The notes beneath the pieces were generated by a model. It searched no databases. It saw only the letters and a program-made list of their open reading frames with translations, and was not told where the DNA came from. 46,498 bases of DNA, taken from the NCBI GenBank assembly GCA_008632985.1, contig QPGO01000039.1:558001-604498 (forward strand). Reading direction: 5' to 3'. The stretch comes from Psammoneis japonica (taxonomy: Eukaryota). Within the stretch, counting starts at the first letter, position 1; each line of letters starts with the position of its first letter. Shown piece by piece: positions 11,925 to 22,172 of this stretch. A program made the translations under genes and the position numbers.

Positions 11925-14900
11925 CTGCTCTACAGGTTCACTCTGACACTGCTGCTGTCCTTGCAGATAGCCGTCACTGTGTCAGTGCTCCTGATAGCGG
12001 TCGCTGGCGTCATGAAATGTGCAGCACCGATCTGGATCATACTACTATTCATGATGCTATCCCTTCCTTCAGAAAAGTGTAAGCGCCTGTCACATGCCGT
12101 AATGACGCTGGGTGAGTGGGTCATCTCACATATCCTGGCTGAACTAGGCACAAGACGAGTTAAGACTTACCAGCGACGGCCAACGACGAGGTACTGCGCA
12201 CGGTATCATACGTCGACGAGGCCAGGTCACCGCTCCAGAGTGGCCACCAAGAAGGCTCGCTATGTCATTACGCGATACAAGACGGTTAGAGCGTACAACT
12301 CAACCACACCATACCGTCCCGAGCGAACGGAGCCCACTTACGATTCGGACTCATTCGTAATCGGTGTCGATTCGCATTCTTCCTGCACCATGTCCAACGA
12401 CGAGGCACACTTCATTGGTCCTCTTCGCAAATCCAACAAAGTGGTACTCGGTGTCAAGGGCTACTTACGTGCTAAGGGAGAAGGAACAGTGCAGTGGGCA
12501 ATTGAGGACGACATGGGACGAGTGCACAGCATTAAAATTCGAGACGCACTCTATGTACCCGACTTACCTCATTGTCTTCTCTGCCCGCAGCAATGGAGCC
12601 AGCAAGCTAATGACCACACGCCAGAGCCTCACGGAACCGTATCTTGGACTAGGGACGACGGACTATTACTCATGTGGGATCAACGCAAGTATCATCGCCT
12701 GATTCCATGGTCCGCCAACTCTAACGTCGCCAAGATGCGCTCCGCACCCGGTTCCAACAAATACCGGACCTTTGCAGCCGCTGTCGAAGAACAAACCGAT
12801 ATCGAAACTATCGAGCACGTGGCCTATCAAGCTCACATCATACCACCAGACGACGAGAGTATTGCGAATGATGACGAGGCTGCAATTGATACAGACGTCT
12901 TCAGAAGTCCATCCGAGACACGTCCTTCCGAGACGCAAGACGCACGCAACACTACTGATGAGGATGCTCCTGTCTTATTTGAGCCAACAGACGGAGCAAG
13001 TCGTTCAGACTCAGACGAGGAAAACCTAAGGGATTTCACGACACCGGAGGTACAGCAGGACTTACCGGAACCCATCAACATCATACCAAATGATGACGCC
13101 CTTGCTGCCACAGATGACCAGGGTGAACTATTGCGTTGGCATTACCGCCTGGGCCACATGTCATTCAAAATGATAAAGCTATTGGCCGCCCTAGGCATTC
13201 TACCGAAACGCCTTACAAAGGTACACAACCCAAAATGTGCCGGCTGCCTATACGGTGCCATGACGAAACGACCATGGCGCTCCAAGTCCAAGCGGAACCG
13301 ACGAATCCACTTGGCAACTTCGCCTGGAGAAGCCGTATCCGTCGACCAGCTCGAAAGTCCTACTCCTGGACTGATCCCACAGCTCAAAGGGAGACCTACG
13401 AAACAAAGGTATCGAGCAGCGACAATTTTTGTTGATCATTTCAGCGGATTGGGATACATATATTTGCAGAAAGGACTTACCTCAGCCGAGACGCTCGAAG
13501 CCAAGCACGCTTTCGAGGCATTCGCACGCCGGATGCACGTCCGTATTCAACACTACCACGCCGACAATGGAAGATTTGCTGATAATACTTTCATACAAGA
13601 CGTCAAGAAGCAACAGCAAACAATATCCTATTGTGGGGTCAACGCCCACTTCCAAAACGGCATCGCGGAGAAAAGAATAAGAGACCTCCAAGAGCAATCT
13701 CGGAAGCAACTCCTGCATGCAAAAGTGAGATGGCCAACGGCTATTGAGTTGAACTTATGGCCAAGCGCTCTCAGGAACTCAAACGAGATCAAGAATCACT
13801 TACCGAATCACGAGGACGGCTCTTCTCCGCTGGAACGTTTCTCGTCCGTCAAGGTCCAGCCTAATCTCAAACAACACCATACCTTCGGCTGCCCCGTCTA
13901 CGCCTTGCACAACCGGTTGCAGGGAGGAGGTAGGCTGCCTAAGTGGGACCCAAGGGCAAGGTTAGGAATCAATTTGGGACCATCAACAAGACACGCAGGT
14001 TCAGTTACCTTGGTTTTGAATTTGCAGACCGGACTCGTATCGCCGCAATTTCACGTACAATTTGACGACTTCTTTGAGACTGTTCGTCCATCTGCTGGGA
14101 ATCCTCCTACATTCTCACAATGGCAAGGCATTACAGGTTTCAGACAACTCAAGACAAGGAGTACTTTCAACATCTTTGGGAAATCAAGTGACGTACCGGT
14201 TGAGGGATCAGTCCCTACCACAACGGAACCACCTGAGCCGAATTCGGATATCCCGTCTCAGCTGCTGCATCCTACTGATACGTCTACCACTGATGACTCA
14301 TTTGACAATGCCCAACCGGATGATGAAATGCTATACACGCCTCCAGATGATTCTGACGCACCATCTGAGCCACAGCGCACTATGGGTCAACCCAGTACCA
14401 GTAGGTCCGGCCGACAACGACGCCCGACCGAAAGAATGCGCGAGAGCCAACTACAACGGGCTCAAGGCATTGTCTCCTACAATGCAGAGGCAGAGGCATA
14501 TTATGATGCGATGCACGAGGATGATTACAAACTGCAGGACGATATGGACTCACCTATCTCTTTTCTGGCGAGCTCGGACCCCGACACCATGTACTTTGAT
14601 CAGGCCATGCGTGAACCTGACAGAGACGAATTTATCAAGGCCTGTGTTAAGGAGGTCAATGATCATATTGAAAGGAAACATTGGATACTCATTCCAAGAG
14701 AGGACGTACCTGACGATGTTGATGTTCTCCCTTCGGTATGGTCTATGAGGCGCAAAAGAGATATTAAGACCCAAGCCGTCTACAAATGGAAGTCCCGACT
14801 TAATGTGCACGGTGGAAAGCAAGAGTATGCTGTCAACTACTTCCAGACCTACTCTGCCGTGGTCTTCTGGTTCACTATCCGGCTCCTACTGATCATTGCC

Positions 14901-16183
14901 ATTCTTAAGAAGTGGCATACACGCCAAGTCGACTTCGTTCTGGCGTATCCGCATGCCGATATCGAATATGATATGTACATGGAGTTACCTGCAGGAATTG
15001 AAACAAAACATGGCAATGGTAAGACTCATGTTCTGAAGTTGCTCAAGAACTTATATGGACAAAAGCAAGCAGGGAGAGTATGGCAAGAACACTTACGTGA
15101 TGGATTGTTAAGGATTGGTTTCGCACAATCGGCGGTTGATGAGTGCCTGTATTTTCGTGGCAATGTCATTTTCATTCATTATGTCGATGACGGTATCTTT
15201 GCATCCCCTGACAAGTCTGCTATTGACAAGGCGATACAGGATATCAGAGATGAGAATTTTGATATTGATGATCAAGGCACTCTGGACGACTATCTCGGTG
15301 TCAACGTCGAGACACTACCAGACGGCAGAATGAAACTTACCCAACCTCACCTTATCAATCAGATACTGGAGATGGCCAATATTCCAAAGAGACTACCAGA
15401 TAAGTCTACTCCTGCTCCTTCCTCCAAGATCCTCCACAGGCATATGAGTGAGCCTGCTTTCCAAGGGAGCTTTCATTACCGATCCATCATCGGCAAGCTC
15501 AATTTTCTGGAGAAGAGCACTCGACCGGATATCGCTTACGCGGTGCACCAAGTCGCACGCTTTTCTTCCGATCCCAAGGTTTCTCACGGTGAAGCCGTAC
15601 TATGGCTCTGTAAGTACCTAAGGTCAACCAGAACTGAAGGTATTATACTACAGCCCTCAACGGACAAGTCCCTTGAAGTTCACGCCGACGCGGACTTTGT
15701 GGGCAATTGGAATAAGCTGACTGCACCCAATGACGTCGGCACTTCCAAATCTCGAACTGGGTTTGTCATCACCTATGCAGGGTGTCCGATTGTCTGGACG
15801 TCCAAGCTACAGACTCAGATCGCGCTCAGCACTACTGAAGCTGAATTTATCGCTCTTTCGGAAAGTCTTCGAAGCGCCATCCCAATTATGAACCTCATTC
15901 AAGAATTTATGGATCACGGTCATAATGTCCCTTCCAAGACACCAGTCGTACATTGTAAGGCTTTTGAAGACAATTCTGGAGCATTGGAGATCGCGAGATT
16001 GCCTAGATGCGTCCTCGGACAAAACACTTCAACCTCACTCTCCACCACTTTAAAGACCATGTTCGCAAAGGTCTCATATCAATCCTACCAATTGATACGG
16101 CGGATCAGATTGCAGACATTTTCACCAAACCTCTACCACAGAATCTCTTCGTTAAACACAGGAAATCGCTCCTTAAGTGGTAA
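11925..16183 (+). CDS. pol: Copia Pol (protease, integrase, RT, RNase H), in frame with gag; 1-nt frameshift near 16005
   Basis: IGVDSHSS (PR); WHYRLGH..C..C, VSVDQ, HADNG, QNGIAE (IN); LYGQKQAGRVW, YVDDGI (RT); HADADF, STTEAE, EDNSGA (RH). The shifted frame continues MRPRTKH...QIADIFTKPL to TAA at 16181-16183. Confidence 0.95.
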
Positions 16184-16226
16184 GACGTTTTCGAGTCATC
16201 ATTCCACCCGACATTGTTGAAGGGAG

Positions 16227-16573
16227 TGTGACAATATTCATATTTGCATGTTTTTACAACAACATCGGACCTCCACGATTCCAATCAGAGATCCAAGATT
16301 CGAACCCCGTGTGCGATGCTCAGTCTCGAATCCCGCGGAAGCCGAGTCACGAATGCGATGTTTGTTCCTAGCTTCGCGCTTGTTTAACTTCGCGTTTCCT
16401 TTAGATGGCAGCTGCATCTGCTCATAAAAACTGCTCATAATCTTTCTAACGTATTGATTATCACCTCTCAACTTTTGGTTCAATAAAGTTACTGATTGAT
16501 TGTTGTGTCGCAATCACAGCTTTTGATCACTGAAAGTGCAGACGAATCTCAGAATTCCGGCTACTTTCCCACA
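16227..16573 (+). repeat. 3' LTR
   Basis: Copy of 9998-10344, followed by GCAGG. Confidence 0.97.
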
Positions 16574-18249
16574 GCAGGGAGAGAGGAGGTGAATCGGAGG
16601 ATGTGCGTAGAAAGGTGAAGAACAACGTTGTAGCCAAGAGTTTGGGTGGCCCACTGGGATGGGGTGGCTGTACGGCAGGTGTTTCCAAAGCGATCGGCGG
16701 ACAGGCGACGCCATGCGGAGTCAGCAGAGGGAAGGATTGCAGACGGAGATGATAAAGCATAGAGGAAGGCGGAGTAGGAGGCATCAGAGTGACGAAGGTC
16801 AGAGGAAGAGGACCAGGGTGGCTTGGGCTGAGAGCAGACGGAGGGGGATGTAGAACCAAAGAGCAAGCGGTGGGCAAAGTGGCCGAGACCACCAAGGTGA
16901 TCTACAGTGAAGGGGAGCAGAAAGATGCCATTGTTGTCAAGCGAAGAAACAACAAGGGATCCATCGGCAGAGGAAGTGGAGGGGCCAAGAAACTTCAATC
17001 TCGCGCTCGAGTGGTGTGCCTCAGTTAAGACAGGAGAAAAGGGGGCAGGCAGACCTGGAGGAGGGCGAGAGGAAGCTTGAGGGACGGTGACGTCCACTGC
17101 AATGTAGTGATGGCGGGAGGGAGCGGAAAGGGAGGCGGGAGGGGGGATTGAAATGCCGACATCGGCGGGACGGAGAAGCGGGCGGGTGGGGAGTAGGTTG
17201 GTGGGTTCAAGATGAACGTCATTGGGGGATCGACAGAACTCTGCAAGAGGACCCAAAGTTTGGGCTAGGATGAAAACAGTGTCACGGAGACCATTGGAAA
17301 GCTTGGACTTGTGAGCACGGCGGCAAGAAAAGGCATGATCACCACAGGCATCCAGAATGGCATGGCCACAGGGACAGGGAGTGTTGACAAGGGACGGAGG
17401 AAGGATGGGGAGACGAAGCTTACGAAGGGCGGCAACAGCGCAGGCGTCCGAAGAAAGGCAGGAGCTTGGAAAGCGACGAGAAAAGGAATGAAGAGGGAGG
17501 CTTGTAAGCGGAGATAGCAATGAAGGGAGTGAAGATTGCACGTCGTAAGATGAGTTAGCAAGGATGGAGGTCACTGCTTGTTGCTGATGTTCATGGCAGA
17601 GACGACGGGCCAGGCCGGGGAGAGTGGCCGATTTAACCAGGGCAGCCAAGGAAGAAGAGGAAAGGGTAGAGGCGGAAGCCAGAACGGGAGCATGACGGCG
17701 GAAGAGCGCATGGAGTCGTAGGGAAGAGCGAGGGTTGGACCAGGAAGACAGGGAGAGCCGAAAGCAGCGCGGAAGGGAAACAGAAGCGCCAGATGGCAGG
17801 CTGACACCGTGCGAAGCAAAGCGGAACGAGCGGAGAAGCGACACCAAGAAGGAAGGAATGGCGGTGGCTGTTGGGTCCCGGAGACCGAACCCGCCTAAGG
17901 AGGCAGGAAGGAAGGCGATGGCAATGGAGTGGTCGGGAAAAGGAGCGGCGAAGGAAGTGACGCAGTGTAGAAAGCGGTGAGTGATGGTGAGGAGGAAATC
18001 TTGAAACGGAGAGGTCCAGAGAAAGGGGTCGGGAGGATCATCGGGGTCGAAGTTGCAGTGGAAGTCAGCGCCAAGGAGGTGAGCAGAGGATGGAACAAAA
18101 CAGTGCTTGAAGAGTTGAGCCTGGGTTTGGGTCCGTTGGGCCCGGTGGGCCTCGCACGCAGTTGGGGACGTCTCCAGCCAGCCAGCCGCTGGCTGAAAAA
18201 ATTCTGTCCGTCAGTGCGTTAGGGGCACAGCATTCCACGACCCAACGCA

Positions 18250-21200
18250 CTGTTGGCGCAATTTGATGACGATGACGATGGCAAAAGACGGCTCCCGGGG
18301 GCTTCTATTTTGTGCACTACAATGTGTCCAACGCCTTCCACAAACACTGTCACACCCAATGCAAGTGATGATGAAGAAAGCTCGCTGCAATTCGAGGTGT
18401 CCGTTGCCAACGGCAGTGATGTGTGCAAGGCGGGGTTCGTGCTTCCATCGTCACCCGCTGGATCCATGGCTCCAATTCCAGTGGCAAAGATTCGTGGAGT
18501 CAAGGCTCTCATTGACTACACCATGCTGCCAAACAACATGAAAGACAATGACAATGGCATGTGGACGGATCCAAAGCTCCACACCGAGCTTTGCAAGAAT
18601 CTCAGAGCACTCCCGCGCGGAACGAAAACTGCTGCCGATGGACGTCGCTTGCCAATGTCCCTCATCCTTGATGCAAGGACACTTCAAGAGAAGCTCATTG
18701 TAATTAATTGGTGGTGCAGCTTGTCTCCGGATGATAAAAGGAAGGAGTTTGACAGATTGAAGTGCATGTGTCAACGTCCTGCTGTTTCCAACGAGCGCGT
18801 TCCGGAGCCCGAGAAGGTCGTGCTTTGTTCCGATGCTCAGGAAATGCTGGACGAGCATGTCAGGAACAGTGCAAGTGGGAAAAAGCTTTCAGGAAAGTGC
18901 CAACGCACTCGTGAAGACTTGCTGGTGAAGCCACACCATGCAATGTCACGTCCTGTCCGCAGAGCAGTGTGCGAGATGTTCCCGTCAACTGCAAGTTGTC
19001 TCTTGTTTTGGAGCGAAATGTTGGTGCACCACGCAAAAATGGAGTTGCTCCACTAGATGAAGCCATTCCACCTCATCCAAAGAGAATTGTTGTCATTGGT
19101 CTCAACCGCAAGAACCTTCCTTTTGACGATGACTGCATCAAATGCATGACTGGCGATGACGACAGCACTGTGCTCTGTGGTTGCTTCATGACAATGAGAG
19201 TGAGACTCACTCAGAGAGAAAAGTGAAGCATGGAAAGAGTGAAATTGTCAAGAACTCAGCAGAGATGAGCCAAAACACTTGTCACACATCATGCATCATC
19301 AACTTGGATTCAGAACTCTGAGTGATCCAACACTCTCAGCTCGTGCGAGCACACCAGATGCCACTGACACTGTGTCAAGATTCAGCCAAAGAACTTCAAC
19401 TTGAGCCTGCTGTCATCTTCTGCTCTCTCTGTGACTCCATTGAGATTGAGCAAGGCTTCAAAACAACTGGAGTGGATTGCACCTGATGTGTGCAATGCAA
19501 TTGGGCGCTGCAGATTGTCTCAGCTGTGACTGCAACAAACCTTTTCTGTCAAGACAGAACTGATCCATGCGCGCTGGGCACTCCCTCTGTGCACAAAACT
19601 TGTCACCCAGCATTTCCTGTCTCCTCTCTTGTGATCCTGCTGACTGGAACAAAGTTGTTGAACATCTGGCTTGTTGCCAACATGCCAAAGATGTGGGATC
19701 TTCTTGGTGGTGACAAACAAATGTGGAGGAGAGCACAATTCATTGCACTCCTCGACCCCCCACGGTGTCACATCAAGGTTGTTCAGAATGGCAGCAAAGT
19801 CAGACAATGCCACTTCCCCAATTTCATGTGTGTCTTTTTTGCTTGGCAAGAACACTGCCAGGACTTTGTCAGCAGCACTTTCCTTCATCCATTTGTTCCA
19901 ATTGGTGTGATTTCAATCAAGTGGAGGATCCTGATTGCAGGGCAGTTCACTGATCAGAGGCACCTGCAACAGCATTGCTGTCCATTCAGCAGCACTGCCC
20001 TGACCGTCCTTCATGTTGACATTGTCCCCAGAACAAACAGGAGGCTTGTGAGTTCCAAGATCAATGCGCTGAGCCATTGCCTCTGCGCTGCCCTTCTACA
20101 AAGATCATGTGAAAGCACACTGCAAGACTTGACAAGTCTCATCCTTGCCAAGAGCTCACAAAGCTGTGTTTGTTGGCTTGTTTGAACTTGAAATGACAGA
20201 ATGTTTGCAGCACAACCAACGCCCTTCTTTGGATCCACTGCACGGACTGTCAGATCTTGGCAGATGGCCACAGCAAAAACCTGGGGCTGTTGCCCGGCAT
20301 CTTTCAGGTTGATGTTTTGATGTGGCACAACCCCAGTGCTCATCGCAAAAAACCCTTCCCGAGCATCGTGAATCAACATTTGCCACATGTCAAAGCAGAT
20401 CATCAAGAGTCTGCACATTTGAATGCCCCTCTTCCTTGTTGCCTTCTGATGAAGCACATGACAATGGCATCACAGCCGAATGGAGCCAAACATTGGTGTC
20501 GACGTGGTTTTGTTCATCAGTTGCCGAGGGAAGGAACTCAGCATTGGCAGACAGAGTGCACTGGAGCTTCTGCAGTTCAAGTTGGTGATTCTCAGAAAAT
20601 GGTGTCTTGTGCATCATGTTTGCCAACAATCCATTTCCCACCCAGTCTCTTTGATCTGATTCACCCATCTTTCTCAAATTTGCTGGCCACAGACGGAATG
20701 CATCGACAACCTCATGAGGCTCAACAATGCTTCGTGAAATCTCTTGCACCTCAAGCTCATCTCCATCAACATTCCTTGCTCTCTTCTGTCCTGTCCTTGT
20801 TTGACTTTTTGTTGTTGGTGCTCTCCAAATTTGATGGCTGGTGATGGCATGGTCACAAGCCGTGCACTGAAGCGAGCTCTTTCCTCCAGATGCTTCCAGT
20901 TCTGACAGAGAGCAAAGACACAAAAGATGGCCACAAGGATTGAGCTCAACTCTTGGCATCTTACACTTGCCAGCAATGTCTGCTGCACATTGTTGGCAAT
21001 GCGCTGGAGCTTCCGTCATCATGGTGAAACATGTGCCACTCGTCACTCTTGGTCCAGGATCAAAATTGGACATGCTGCTGAGCTTGTCAGCTGCTGCACT
21101 TGCCTCAAGAGCACTCTGGAGGCCAAGTGTCACAAGCTGTCTCAAGCTCTCTGTGTCCTCCTGTCCAAGTGCGCCATTCTGGAAGTCACGAGTGTGATCA

Positions 21201-21900
21201 ATGCAGAGCCCCATCCTCTTGCGTCATCCATCCACGTGAGAGTGTGCATGGCGCGAGTTTGGGGCAGGAAATCAAGTCATTTTTTCCCTCACAGCACATG
21301 AGCAGCACATCACAAGTGGGAACATGGTGCTTCCCAGTCAAGTTTCATTGGCTCTGGGAGCATGCAAGTGACAAGTGCTTGCTCTGCAAGTGTGCTGCCA
21401 GCCAGTGGTCCTTGGGCCACCTCGCCAAGCCTGTCACTCACGGCACCAGCGGAAGTCTCGAGTGCAGCCACTGTGTGAATCAAGGCTGGTGATTGGTTTT
21501 TGTTTGTCACTCATTTGTGGCCTGGTTCAATGTGAAAGAAACCCCCATTTGTCTCTAAACTTACAAAACCCGCCTTGTTTGAGTGAGAGGGAAAGTTGGG
21601 GTTGCTGTTTGTCCTTTTGTTTTGGGATTCCTGATCAATCTCATTGAGTCACAAGCTGCACATTTTAAACATGGCCAGTGCTCATGGTTCCTGCATTCTG
21701 CACAGCTCAACAGCTGTTGTCAGTGCCTGTCTTATTGGTGCAATGTCAGTTGAACGTAAAATGCTGTTGGTGAGTCTTCTTGGTTGTTGCATTCTGTCTG
21801 TTAAAAGAGTTCACATCAGGGAGCACTGTGGCGTTTGAAAAGTTGGTCTTGAAAATCAAAATTTCACACAAGTCTAAGCGATTCCTCAAGCATGCTTGTA
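18250..21900. other. TpA-depleted (and partly CpG-poor) domain 2; unidentified coding relic with a RING-like motif
   Basis: No TA seen in 19056-20096 and very few up to ~21550. The minus-strand ORF 20390-21214 contains C..C...NPCGHLLCLC...QCTAC. Confidence 0.8.
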
Positions 21901-22172
21901 AGCAATGTCGAACAGCAGCAACGTCGCCTGTTGTTCCCCATCAAGACAATTTACACAACATTTACCGATCTGTCGCGCACTACACACCAGTTTTGAGTTT
22001 TGAGTCATTTTACAGATGCGCCTAGTAGTAGCAGTGATGATAGAACTATTAGAAGGATACGATCGCAGTTGTGACTAGATTTAGGAATCTAATAAGGACT
22101 AATCTAACAAAATGTAATTGAGAAGACAAATGCAGCGGTCCGTGACGGCCGATAGGGCTCCAAACGACGATT

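Larger units (their letters stand above)
9998..16573 (+). mobile_element. Full-length Ty1/copia LTR retrotransposon (diatom CoDi-like)
   Basis: Two 347-bp TG...CA LTRs, GCAGG target duplication at 9993-9997 and 16574-16578, gag plus PR-IN-RT-RH domain order, purine tract GAAGGGAG before the 3' LTR. Confidence 0.98.
9845..18135 (-). mobile_element. 5'-truncated non-LTR retrotransposon with restriction-like endonuclease (CRE-like), split by the copia insertion
   Basis: Open frame from ~18130 with LPASLGGFGLRDP, CPCG..D.CGDHAFSC zinc motif, RPADV, VDVTV and PFTVDHLGGLG. Removing the copia element and one GCAGG copy continues the ORF to a TAG at 9872-9874. Confidence 0.8.

Noticed and set aside
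15995..16220. Altered Pol C-terminus or programmed frameshift in RNase H
   Set aside because: Adding one A (CCT AAG ATG) restores the canonical end, so it is likely an error or a private mutation.
18253..21838. Many overlapping ORFs as real genes
   Set aside because: Loss of TAA/TAG stops inflates ORF length in all frames, and no family can be assigned with confidence.
21960..22030. Helitron 3' end (CTAG) bounding domain 2
   Set aside because: No convincing subterminal hairpin and no Rep/helicase motifs.
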